Origin: Anthoceros angustus | Taxonomy: Eukaryota > Plantae > Anthocerotophyta | Length of the DNA stretch: 64,000 bases | Direction: 5' to 3' | Assembly (NCBI GenBank): GCA_010909165.1 | Contig: MU008169.1 | Span: forward strand, 186,001-250,000 | Part shown: positions 1 through 11,400 of the stretch, in pieces | Layout of the letters: the number at the start of each line of letters is the position of its first letter | Position numbering within the stretch: the stretch's first letter is position 1 | Translations under genes and position numbers: made by a program | The notes under the pieces: model-generated | Database searches by the model: none | Seen by the model: the letters and a program-made list of their open reading frames with translations, nothing else | What the model was told of the DNA's origin: nothing

Positions 1-579
1 GCAATGAGTTCATGCCCTCTATGAAATCCTGCACACTGGTCCAAGGGATGTAAGCTAGTCGTTGTTTGTCTTGGCAGACAAGATGGATGCTTGTATGAGG
101 ATTGCTACCATTCCAAGTCATTGAAAGAAAATTTCCCTCCACCGGCCTCTAAAGCGCAAAGGACAATGCGTTGCAACCTCATCCATCACTGGAGCACAAT
201 CGATTATCGTGCATCCTCCACCGGTCTTTCAACTCTTCTGTGCCTGCTTTGAGGCGCTCTCTCGCTCGTTCTCAATGAAGCGAGCGAAGGCGGCGATGTC
301 GCCGCGGGGTGCCACGACAATCGTGGCGACGGAACTTGAATTAGTTTCCGTTGCCGGTGCTTCGATTGCGGGTTGGCACGGATAAGAGAGAGAGGAGAGG
401 AAGGCCATGCTCATGGCATGGCATGTGGATTCGCCGGTACCTTGGCGAACCGATATTTAGGCCTAGCCCTCCTGCAAGCCCTTCCCCAATGTGGGCACCC
501 TGGTATTTGGAGAAGGGGAAACAGCTCCATATGCAGATTAGAAGACACCAAGCTAATGCTTATGTACCAATAGAGTTTT

Positions 580-2203
580 AAACAGCGTCTGTTTAGAAAG
601 AGGTTTCTCCTGAAACCCCTTTTTGCACACGGATGTGGCCGGACCCCTTTTTGCACTTGAAAAAATCCGCACTATAATCAGCCTTTTTGGTATTTCTCTG
701 CGGACATGTCACCCGCAACCTTTTGAATAATTGTTTTGATACACGTTATTTGAGATTGTAGATTGCAAGTACGTGGCAAAACCTAAAGTCCCATTCTCGT
801 TCGGCTTTTTCTTTCAAACACGTAATTCAACAAACTTATGCGCGCACTTACATCTAAATAGCTTCCAACATCCGCAATCATTGCGTGTTGGACGATACAA
901 ACGCTTAGAGTTTTTAGGGCTTGTTAGACTCGTGCGCAAACTTGTTTGCGCACCAACCTTTCATTCATACCACCAATCCTAAGACTATACTCGCCCGAGA
1001 ATTTTACAGACTTTGTTTCTTAGACATTGGGACAATAATATCTTCGTTGACCTGATATTCTTGATCCACATGCGAGAATGAGAGTGGCATGGTCTCGCAC
1101 TTGAGCCGGGCCCACGCCAAACGCCTCAAGATTCAAAAGATGCAAAAGGTTCTCACTACTAGTTCAAAGTTTTAACCACTAGAAAAAGATGAGGGTTAAG
1201 TAAAGATAAGAACATATCCACATTAGAGAGGTGCACAAAAAGGTTGAAAACGCCGAAAGGAACCCTTTAAAACAACAAAATATCAAAACAAATACAAAAT
1301 AATTCAAAAATTGTCAAAAATTTTAGGGCAAGTGCGACTTGCCTCAAAAACTGGACTTTTTGTGATTTTTAGGGTTTTAAGGGTTTTTAGACTTTTGCTC
1401 TTTTTCTTTGGATGAACTGTCTGAATGACTAGGAGGCATGAACCATATGGGTTCATGCTCCTAGGCCCTTCTTGACCTTGGGTGCGTGCACCGGGCCTCC
1501 TGCCCCTGTGCGCGCACTTATGCGCCTAGGCCCTTCTTGACCTTGGGTGCGTGCACCGGGCCTCCTGCCCCTTGCCCTCCGGTACATGCACTTGTTCACC
1601 CACCGGGCCCCCTAGCATGTTTGATGATAACCCGGATTAGGTCATCACGAAAGAGACTAAACACCGTAAAGGATAAAAGGGATAGGGTGTTCTTCGTCGC
1701 ATTAGGGCATAGGATAGATATATGAGAGCGGTCTAGGTGAACCTCCGCCGATGTCTACTACTTGTTATTTTGTTGGGAGTTCCAAGACATCCTCGGACCT
1801 CCAAAAGGACATGTTTCCCCATTAGAAGATTATTTTTCGCGTTCTTTTTGCGGTCGTGCACAAGTTTGCGATAGCGTTGTTTAGACGCGCACTTATGCGC
1901 GCCTAGGCCCCCGGTATACAAAACATACAAAACCACACAAAATGCGTAAACTACGGACATGACGAAATTATGGAACAATGAGGTCACTAGCCCTTCATCA
2001 CACCGACTAAATCGCCATGAACTCGAGTACAAGGCGCCAATGCGTGTAAATGACTGAAGAAGTGCCGAGCCGAGAATGCCCGAAACCGATGGATGAACAC
2101 CTACAAAACCAACAAAACCAAACCAACTTCGCTCAAATAGGGTTGGGATTTTTTCCAAAACCCCTTTTGACAGGAGAAACCCCTTTCTAAACAGACGCTG
2201 TTT
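580..2203. mobile_element. Non-autonomous TIR DNA element (~1.6 kb) flanked by 41-bp direct repeats
   Basis: Left end 580-612 AAACAGCGTCTGTTTAGAAAGAGGTTTCTCCTG is the reverse complement of 2171-2203 (32/33 match). Flanks 538-578 and 2204-2244 are direct repeats (38/41). The interior is AT-rich with no credible ORF and has a ~65-bp tandem duplication at ~1461-1570. Confidence 0.75.
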
Positions 2204-2675
2204 TTAGAGGACACCAAGCTAATGCTTATGTACCAGCAGAGTTTGACAATTATACAGTTATTTGGTAAACATAAAGGTAAATACTTATGTAGCAGTTTGG
2301 TAAACATGAAGACAAAGTGTGTTAGCTTGAAGGATTCTCAGAAAGTGTTTAGCAAAATTTTGCTCATAATTAATTAATGATGTAAAATGAAGTTTAAATC
2401 TCAAAATTATTATAACTCTTTCTAATTGTTATCATGGGCTAAATGGCATGCCATACATATCTCATAGGTAGTCATTCATATTGTATAAATATATTTTAAC
2501 TAATATTTTATTATGTTATATTATGAAGTTTTGTAAAAAGAAAGTATATTCATAGTTTGTGTTTGTTTAGAGAACTAGGTACATACGTACTTTGTATTGC
2601 AAATGGAGACCTCTTGATAAACCCCTTTTACGGGAGTGGGGGAGCATGTTAGGCGTAGGAGAGCAGACGCGGCGA

Positions 2676-2739
2676 ACCTGCCTTGGGCGGGCGGTAAATG
2701 GTCGCGACCATTTAGGATACCGCCCGCCACTTGGCAGGT
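2676..2739. promoter_or_regulatory. Long inverted repeat upstream of FNR
   Basis: Perfect 20-bp palindrome TAAATGGTCGCGACCATTTA (2695-2714), extended by GGCGGGCGG/CCGCCCGCC and ACCTGCC/GGCAGGT arms, about 100-160 bp before the FNR ATG. The structure is seen directly; a regulatory role is inferred. Confidence 0.4.
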
Positions 2740-2835
2740 CGAACGGTCAAGGCTCTGCTAGCGCAGTAGAAAGGCACTGAGGGTCCGGTGTGGAGGGAGC
2801 TGCTACCATCCGTGCGCAGGGAGCTGAAGGGGAAG

Positions 2836-3999
2836 ATGGCCAGCTCCTCAGCAACGATGGCGGCCCAGGCGCAGACCCAGGCGCACGCTGTGCAGCCTGC
2901 ATTTTGCGGTGTCCGGCGGAGCCGAGGTCGGGGCCTGGAGGCCAGGGTGGCAGCATGTCCCAGCATGCAGGTGGCTTCCTTCGACGCGCTCAGGCTGCAG
3001 GTGAAGAGGAGACCCGGCGGGCCGGCGGAGAGGAGCAGCAGGAGCAGGAGGCCGCTGGCGGTGCGGACCAGCAAGGTGGCCCTGCGGGCGCCGGATCTGG
3101 AGGGAGCCAAAGAGCCGCCTGTAAATCTCTTCAAGCCGAAGCAGCCGTTTGAGGCGACGATCAAGTCGGTGGAGCGGATTGTCGGGGCTAAGGCGCCCGG
3201 GGAGACCTGCCACATTGTGATCGACCACGGCGGGAATGTGCCGTACTGGGAGGGGCAGAGCTACGGCGTCATCCCGCCCGGGGAGAATCCGAAGAAGCCC
3301 GGGACTCCGCATGCAGTGCGCCTCTACTCTATCGCGTCCACCAGGTATGGCGATGAGTTTGATGGCAACACGGCCAGTTTGTGCGTGCGGAGAGCCGTGT
3401 ACTACGACCCGGAGACCGGGAAGGAGGATCCGAGTAAGAAAGGCGTGTGCAGTAATTACCTCTGCGATAGCAAGCCCGGGGACAAGGTGCTCATCTCGGG
3501 GCCGTGCGGGAAGGTTATGTTGTTGCCAGAGGAGGATCCGAACGCGACGCATATTATGGTGGCTACTGGAACGGGAATTGCGCCGTATAGAGGATATTTG
3601 AGACGGATGTTTCTGGAGAATGTGTCGTCCTATAAGTTCGGGGGCCTGGCTTGGTTGTTCCTGGGAGTGGCCAACAGCGACAGCCTCCTGTATGATGATG
3701 AGTTCAAGAGCTACAAGTCTAAGTTTCCTGATAATTTCAGGTACGATGTTGCGCTCAGCCGTGAGCAGAGCAACGCCAGAGGTGGGAAGATGTATGTGCA
3801 GGACAAGATTGAAGAGTACAGCGAGGAGTTGTTTCAGCTTCTGGACAAGGGAGCACACATCTACTTTTGTGGCTTGAAAGGCATGATGCCTGGGATCCAG
3901 GACACCTTGCAGAGAGTGGCGGAGGCAAGAGGAGAGAGCTGGGAAGAAAAACTGTCGCTTTTGAAGAAGAGAAAGCAATGGCACGTTGAGGTCTACTAG
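2836..3999 (+). CDS. RFNR: Ferredoxin-NADP+ reductase, root (heterotrophic) type, with plastid transit peptide; intronless
   Basis: The ORF contains [35 protein letters not shown] (FAD binding), [29 protein letters not shown] and a C-terminal WHVEVY. The Ser/Ala/Arg-rich N-terminus starts at ATG 2836 (the ORF track start at 2788 is a GTG). Confidence 0.97.
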   Translation: MASSSATMAAQAQTQAHAVQPAFCGVRRSRGRGLEARVAACPSMQVASFDALRLQVKRRPGGPAERSSRSRRPLAVRTSKVALRAPDLEGAKEPPVNLFKPKQPFEATIKSVERIVGAKAPGETCHIVIDHGGNVPYWEGQSYGVIPPGENPKKPGTPHAVRLYSIASTRYGDEFDGNTASLCVRRAVYYDPETGKEDPSKKGVCSNYLCDSKPGDKVLISGPCGKVMLLPEEDPNATHIMVATGTGIAPYRGYLRRMFLENVSSYKFGGLAWLFLGVANSDSLLYDDEFKSYKSKFPDNFRYDVALSREQSNARGGKMYVQDKIEEYSEELFQLLDKGAHIYFCGLKGMMPGIQDTLQRVAEARGESWEEKLSLLKKRKQWHVEVY

Positions 4000-5474
4000 C
4001 TGGAACGCTCACTGCCGACTAAGACTGAGGTCATGGCAGTCCATGTTTGCACAAATTCTTATGATAACAATTTTTTTTTAATTGCATGTCAGAGTTGATG
4101 TCTCGTTCACCTGAATCTATTTTGGTACGATGTGAGAGTTTGCAACTGTAGCCACTCAGTGTGTGACCTCTCACTAGCTATACCCTCTCTTCGGTCTTTG
4201 GCCTTGCGCAGCCTCTACTCTTGTTGATCTCAGTGTTGCCGACTCGAAAGGTTGAAAATTTTCTAGAACCTCTATTGCAGTAGTGTGCAGTGTGATGTGG
4301 GCCTTGGAGCTCGGGTGCTGTTTGATACTATTGCTTCTTTGAGCGATTGGGACAAACATCAGTAATTGATTGATTTTCCGCTGCAGCAGATCACAACAAA
4401 GCAGCTGAGTCTGATGAGCAGGGACCTCTGTCGTCAGGTGGTGTCATGGGATTTAACTTCAAACTGCTGAGAGGAGGCTTGAAGCTCAAGAACGTGGTTC
4501 CGTTGAAGATGAATTCAAACCTGCAGCTGTTTCTCAACTAGGTCGTCGTGTCAATTTGCATGCCTGCAAGGAAGATGATTCTTGTTGCTTAACTTGCAGC
4601 ACTTGCCCATATGACTGGTTAAGGTTATATCCGGCAATGCAACCACGGAGAAACTGGTGGACGCATTGATGTTGTAATTCAGAGTCGGATGGTGAGGTTT
4701 GATGGTTTCCCGTTTTCTGCATGCAGTCTCATCAGTTTCAGTCATTTCTTGTACCTTCCATCAGTGGTACCATCTCATGCATTTTTGTGCCAGGCAAATT
4801 GACATAAGCAAATCCATTGCTGATGTTTGGCACCTCGGTGCCACCACACCTTATGTCAGCACAGAGCTTGCATAAGACATAGGAGGTGGGTTCTCCTGGT
4901 TTTTCCAACTCACTGGTTGGTGAGTGCAGGTCACAGATTGCACTGGTTTATGAGGACATGGTGTGGCAGCCCCGAACGAAGTGGAGCATCTTTCGCAATG
5001 CATCAACCATGAACTAACTTATCAGGAGAATGATTGGCCCCCCTTGTCTTACTAACTATTTCCTGCGGTGTAGCACTTGCATGCTCACTTTTGTTCTGCA
5101 TATGGGCTATTGTTTGCTGCAGAATATTCTGCCGTTTGATGCGAAGAAATCAGAAACTGCTCGAAGTGAATCAGAGCACATGTGCTGTGTGTCATCAAGT
5201 GTCTGCTCCATATCGAGCGCAATTGTTCCAAAATTAGCAGCAACCGTTCTGCCCGGTAAAAACGATTTTAGGGCTTGACACGTAGATGGTACTGAAACCC
5301 CAGACTGTGGCAAAATGTACTGTGCTGGTGGTGTCCAGTGGTGCCTGTTGGTGTTTAGTCCTTCGCTGGTTGCCTGTTGTCCTGATGTATAGGGTCTTGG
5401 AAGTCCACGAGATATCCTGCGAGCACCAAACGAAAGAGATCTTTGCAGAGGATTCCGATCCAGATCACCCCTGC

Positions 5475-5553
5475 AGGACGAAGCCTGCATACTATATTAA
5501 CCCCTAGAGGACGAAGCCTGCAAACTATATTAACCCCTAGAGGACGAAGCCTG
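5475..5553. repeat. 33-bp tandem repeat, ~2.4 copies
   Basis: The unit AGGACGAAGCCTGCA(T/A)ACTATATTAACCCCTAG starts at 5475 and 5508, with a partial copy at 5541; no spacers. Confidence 0.9.
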
Positions 5554-5968
5554 TTTTCTAGGTTTCGGGCTGAATTTTAGTTATTTATGTACATTTTAAA
5601 TACAGAAATAAATCGGGTGACCTGGTTTTCACTCCCACAATTACCATTATGCAGAGTTGCATCCACTCATCCGTCTCTAAAAACTACAGGGTCTTAATAC
5701 GCCCCTTCCACAAATTTCCAATGCGCTCTGGCACTTCATGCTCACGGTGCGAAGGGAGAGCATTGGGTTAAGCAAAATTTATCACAAGGATTTCAGACAA
5801 GGCCATGGACATCCTCACGAAAAAATCACTACGATAGGAGGTCCGAGCATGCCCATCCCAATTTACAAAAATTCGGCCATTCACACTAAGGCCTTCCGTT
5901 TGCTGGTAATCTGGCCTTGGTTCACAACATCTTTGAAGAATCTCTCCGCATGTAATCTGGCCTTGGTT

Positions 5969-6072
5969 CATAGCATCTTTCATCAATCTCTCCTCCATGC
6001 CAATCGTGGGGGCATGGGATCATAGCATCTTTCATCAATCTCTCCTCCATGCCAATCGTGGGGGCATGGGAA
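5969..6072. repeat. 52-bp tandem duplication
   Basis: CATAGCATCTTTCATCAATCTCTCCTCCATGCCAATCGTGGGGGCATGGGA occurs at 5969 and 6021. Confidence 0.9.
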
Positions 6073-6537
6073 TGGTGTCCGTTTTTTCTTTTCTGCTATA
6101 AAAATTCACATACTCCCCTCTATGCCGAGCACATCCCCTCAAAGGTCCAAGATGAAGAATGGATATAAAAAACATCCCACACCCCAAAACACACAGAACC
6201 GATAACTACACAATTTGAGTAGATTCATCCAGCACATAAAGAACTAGGGTTCTCAAGAAATAGAAATATTTCTACACTTAATACGAACAATGATAAAATA
6301 TTATAGAGAATTTGGAGACTTTATATAGACATTTCAAAGTATACATCGAAGTCCCGCATTGGGAGTTTTAGCCCAAAGTAACCTCGTAGGCTAGAGTTTT
6401 GAAATCTTGAGGGCCTTGCACACTGCGAGGACCGAGGGCATAATTTATAGCTAGGAATTTCAATTTTCTCTCTTTTACATGGTATTACCTCTACTGGCGG
6501 TTCGCACAAGGGAACTGGCACGCACCCGCCCAGAGAC

Positions 6538-7960
6538 GGCGTGGTTTGGATGAGGGAACTTGATAAGCCCCGTGACGGCGGGGATCTGGCGTGGTTTGGA
6601 CGAGGGAACTTGATAAGCCCCTTGACGGCGGGGATCTGACACCGAAGGCTTTTCTTTAAATTTAAGGTGTTGTTAGAATGGTAAATCTTGCAAGCTTGTG
6701 TTTAGCTGTTGATGAGTTGAGAGCGTGATTTAGATCAAAAAGGCTTCTCTATGATATGCTTGCTGATGAGTTGGGATAGTGAATTGGATCATGAGTGTGA
6801 TGAGTTTGAGATTCAGCAATACTTACTTGATGTACAGCTTATCCAAGGAACTTTTGAAGTTCATTGTGTCCATCCATTACTTTTGAGATTCAGTGATGCT
6901 TACCCGATCTACGGCTTATCCAAAGAGCTTTTCAAGTTCATTGTGTCCATCTATTACTTTCAACAATGTTGATGTGTTTGTTCCCAAGTCTCATCTTGTT
7001 TTCCCTAGTTGAGAGGTATTCAAACACGTTGTGGCGTGTCTTTTTCTTCATGTGGTGATAGCTCACCCATGGCACTATACTTAACTTTGCACAAATTGCT
7101 GGTCGCCATCGTAGGTAACAAATCCAATGCCCAACTAACAAGCCCGGGTAAGACAAGAAATTCAACAACTTAGTTTGCAAGTTCAAAATCCTATGCCCAA
7201 TTAACAAGCTCAATAAGACTTGGAAATTCAACGTCTTAGTTTGCAAGCCCAAAATCCAATGCCCAACTAATAAACGTAGGTAAGACTGGAAATTCAATAG
7301 CTTAGTTTGTAAGCAAGGTGCATGAATTGCTGTATTCGTCGTCTAGGCATTTCAACTCCTAACACCTTCTAGAGGGAAGGACATGGAAGTCAAGGACCAA
7401 TAAGTAAATGTGTGGTAGAAGTTAATTGTGATTAACACACCACATAAAATTAAAATAATAAAATACATAAGTGGTTTCTAGAAAGTCCTAAGACCAATGA
7501 GTAAATGACATGTAAGCCAATGAGTAATGCACATGGAAGTCAAGGACCAATAAGTAAAGGCGTATTAGAAGTTAATTATGAGGAAGGATTCAATATCACG
7601 ATAATTACTCCGGATTCCATTTAAACTCTCCATTAAATTACATGAGGGGCTAAATTAGTCCGAGGAGGGGTGAAACCAAGAAGTCTAATACAACCTTTGG
7701 TTGGAATAGTTTTGGGTTTGGGTGACCTGGATTGTATTAGAACTTTGCAGTAAACTACACGTAGACCAAATTAGTACAAGGACGGATGACACCGAGAAAT
7801 ATAATCCACCCTTCGGTCGAATAAGCTTTGGGTTTGGATAATCCAAATTCTATTAAAACTCTGCAATACACTATATGTGGGGCCAAACTAATTCTAAGAT
7901 GGGTGACACTGGGAAGTCTAATTCACCCTCAGGTCGGATTAGTATTGGTATGGATGACCC
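6538..7960. repeat. Cluster of short tandem arrays (50-bp x2, ~65-bp x3, diverged ~120-bp units); probably a decayed non-autonomous DNA transposon
   Basis: 50-bp unit at 6538/6588. Units of AAATCC(A/T)ATGCCCAA..GAAATTCAA..TTAGTTTG at ~7121/7185/7251. Recurring GGGTGAC/GAAGTCTAAT motifs at 7660-7960. Element termini were not identified. Confidence 0.5.
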
Positions 7961-8454
7961 AAAGTGAAGTCTTGGTATATATGTTTTTTGAACCATATAT
8001 ATGAATTATATATATATATGGTACCTTATAAGTGATAAATCTATGTATATGTATATATCTATGATGAGTAAAATTAAAATGAGTCATATAACTAAGATAG
8101 GTATCTTGTTTGTGTTAGGACCTGGTGGTGTGACAGCTGGGTAAACGATGTAAAATCGTGAGTATGAGTCGAACAGCAAAGCGAGGCAAAGGAAATGGAC
8201 GTGTGACGCGAGTCGTAGGGGTCTCACTCGTCACGTCCCGCCAATGCACAAATTCAAACCGTCCTCCCCAGCGCCCAGGGCGGATCCTCGCATTAGAATT
8301 GGCTTCACTCCACGACTTCCAGACACCAGCCACGTCGAAGCCCCAGTTCCTCAGACTATTTTCTGGGAGGATGCGGGTGTTCCCACCTCTGAGGTGTCAC
8401 AGGCGGTGTTGAAGCTGGCTCCCCTGCTTTCGTAGGCTTCGGGGCTGGAGGCCA

Positions 8455-11400
8455 ATGGAGGACACAGGATCCCGGAACGACGCTCTCTTGTTTGGTAGGA
8501 TCTATGAGCTTGTCTAGCATACTCTTGAGTGTGCGTTCTGTTTGCATCTCGCAAAGAGCCAATTTCGATTCTCATGTTTAGGAGGGTTGGATTGCAGACA
8601 GAGTTATTTCCGCAACTGGCAAGCATGTTACAGTGGTCTATTCACGTCGCCACAAGGACGCTGGGCCCCGGCGGCCCTCGCAAGAAACACTCAAGAATGA
8701 TGTCAGCAAATCGCCGCAAGCTGTCCCCAGAGACAAGGAGAAGAAGTACAGTCTGATACTCAATTGCCAGAACAATCAAAATCGCGGTCTGCTGGGAGGT
8801 TGGAGGTCTTTCCCTCTCAGTTGTGACTCAGCTATTTTTCACACACAACTGGCAGGTCGCAGAGGGGTGCTGGCAACGTGGAGCAACACCGGCAGAGCTG
8901 GATCGACCGCTCTCTGTCACTCAGGCGAGTTCTTCCACGCTTGTCTGATTTCCTGCTCGTCCCTGCAAGCGGCGCTGGATCCGAGTGGTGCTGGATTGGC
9001 TGTAATTCGCATCCCCTGCTCGTGACAGGCGGAGGAGGAGCAGTATTGTGCATGCCCTGGACGATGGCTGCCCAGCAAACCAAGGAAATGCACGAGGAAA
9101 AGTAGGCGTCCCTTGCGGAGGAGTGGTACGTGCAAATAAGAAACTGTCCTGCCATTCCTACTAGTAGTGTGTAAACTGGCAATTAGTGACGGTGTTGGTG
9201 GATGTTGTGCTTCAGCAGATGCAAAGAAGGAAAAAGGCAGAGGCACCCATTGAATTTGTCGAAGAGCAGCAGGCCATGTTCGCTGAGATTGATGCCTTCC
9301 AGCTGGAAGAGTCAGTTCCCTCTCCTATTCACATCAGAGGCTGGAAAGATGAAAATTCGGATGCAACAGCTGTGGACATCACGTTGTCGTTCCATGCGCG
9401 GCATGCTCCTCTTGAAGCAGTTCCAGAAGATGCCTCAGGGGAGATCTCTCAGCAAACGCCCGCAAGCTATGTTCTTTCAAGGACCAGACATATGTTGGCT
9501 GCTGCGCTCTCAACTCCTGATGGCTTAGCAGACTCTTCCGTTGTATCTGCTCAATTCAAGCAGACATGGGATTATGGAAGACATCGGGATGGTGCTCAAG
9601 ACTCTACAGGATGTCAGAATGAGGTGGAAACGCTTGTGGAGCTGTTCCCTCGTTCCATCCGGGTCACTGATTCCGAGGAGGATCGAAGAATTTTCGAAGC
9701 TGAGCCTTGTGGCACTGCTGCTTCTTCTCTGGTCGAACCTCTACATGCTGATGCTACAGGGTCAAGCACTTGTCGATCCAAGGGGTCTAGAATTGGCCGC
9801 AAATCAAGGGCTAGTTCGTCTGTACCCCCTCCTGAACTACCAGATTTGTTTCGAACAAGAGAGTTGTGCCTGACACACTATAGTGGGGGCCTCATGCAAG
9901 AGAGCGAGTACAACGACTCACAGAACTGTTCTAGTCTGAGGAATCCAACAAGATCTGCCGCCCAGGAGCAGTCTATGGGACTTCTTAACGTTTGTAGGAC
10001 GGCTGACCTGACAAATGATCATTCCAGTGATAAACAGGGGGCCTCCTCTGTTCATGACTTCCAAGACGGGGAGTTGGTTGGTCCCAAAAGGTTATCCTTC
10101 AGCCATTCCAGGGCACCTTTCGGGCTTGCTGCTGAAAGTGAAGAGTCAACATTTCAGGAGCTTGCCACTCGACAAATATTCTCGACAAGCCCATCTCAAC
10201 ATCTACATCAAGTGGCCAGAGCAGGATCTCTTGCATCAGGCCTTGGAGCATTGACGCTGGACCGCCTCTCACTTCATGACAGAGCTGAACCGTACTCTGC
10301 AATTTTGGAAGAGGATGAGGAAGATGAAACAAATGAGAACATTACAGTCAAAGAGAATGGCAATGTATCATGCGTGGATGATGATACAGTGTCGATTTTC
10401 CATGGGCTCCTGAGAGAAAGTGGACAAACCCGTCTAACCACCCAGAGGGAGGCCATTTCTGCTTACTGGTAATGTCCCAACGACCTCACTGTCATCGGGA
10501 GTCCAAGTTATGTGTCTGGTGGATGGCTCTCACTTTCAGTAATAGCTGTACATTTTTGTTGCTGTGGCAGTGATATGAGCAAGATAACCAAAATTGGAGA
10601 AGGAACGTATGGAGAAGCTTTCAAAGAAGGCGACACTGTTCTGAAGATTGTACCTGTTGATGGGAACTTTCGCGTTAACGGGGAAATACAAAAGGTATAC
10701 GCAATCTGTTCAGTGCTTTGACCCATTCGTGTCAGGTGAAATTTGTCAAATTCAGACGTTGCTCACCACATTTTTGCAGACTTCTGCTGAACTCTACGAC
10801 GAGGTGCTTCTCTCCAGCACTTTGAACAAGTTGCAGCTGCCAAAAAGTTCAAACTTTTGTAGTAACTTCATCACCACTAAGGGGTAATAATCGTTTGTCT
10901 GGCTGAGAGGGAAAAAACTGTGGGTGACGTCTCTTTCTGGCAAGGTGGTGTATTATAGCAAGCAATGATCACCACTGCTGCTATCAGGATAAAGTATTGT
11001 CGAGGAAAGTATGACGAAGACCTAATCCGAGCATGGGAGGAGTGGGATAGCGAACACACATCAGAGAATGATCATCCAATGTCTTTTCCAGAACAACAGG
11101 TTTGCCTTGCTTACATGACTATCACTCACGATGTTTCCTATGCTGTGTCTCTGGCGACTGTTCTGGATGATGTACATCCAGTACTTTTCTAACTTTTGGC
11201 GGGAATTAGCGATATGTCATTTTTATCCTGGCAGATGGGGGGAAGGATTTGGAAAGCTTCGTTCTCGCAGACTTCGATGAAGTTCAAAGCCTGCTTGTTC
11301 AGGTAGGGCTAATTGTTCACAGCGCACTCTTTCCAGTCTGATGCATGCCATATCCACAGCTCTGCAACTCTTATGCCTCGGCGCAGGTTGTTCTCTCTCT

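Noticed and set aside
229-414. 61-aa minus-strand ORF with a transit-peptide-like start (MSMAFLSSLSYP..)
   Set aside because: No recognisable domain and no convincing continuation or splice path toward position 1.
2848-3984. 378-aa antisense ORF over FNR
   Set aside because: Expected shadow ORF of a GC3-rich coding sequence; no independent protein features.
4411-4470. CTGATGA...CTGA, possible C/D-box snoRNA
   Set aside because: No terminal stem and no recognisable rRNA-complementary guide; such motifs occur by chance.
5475-5553. 33-bp repeats resembling a CRISPR array
   Set aside because: Units are contiguous with no unique spacers, no cas genes are present, and the context is eukaryotic.
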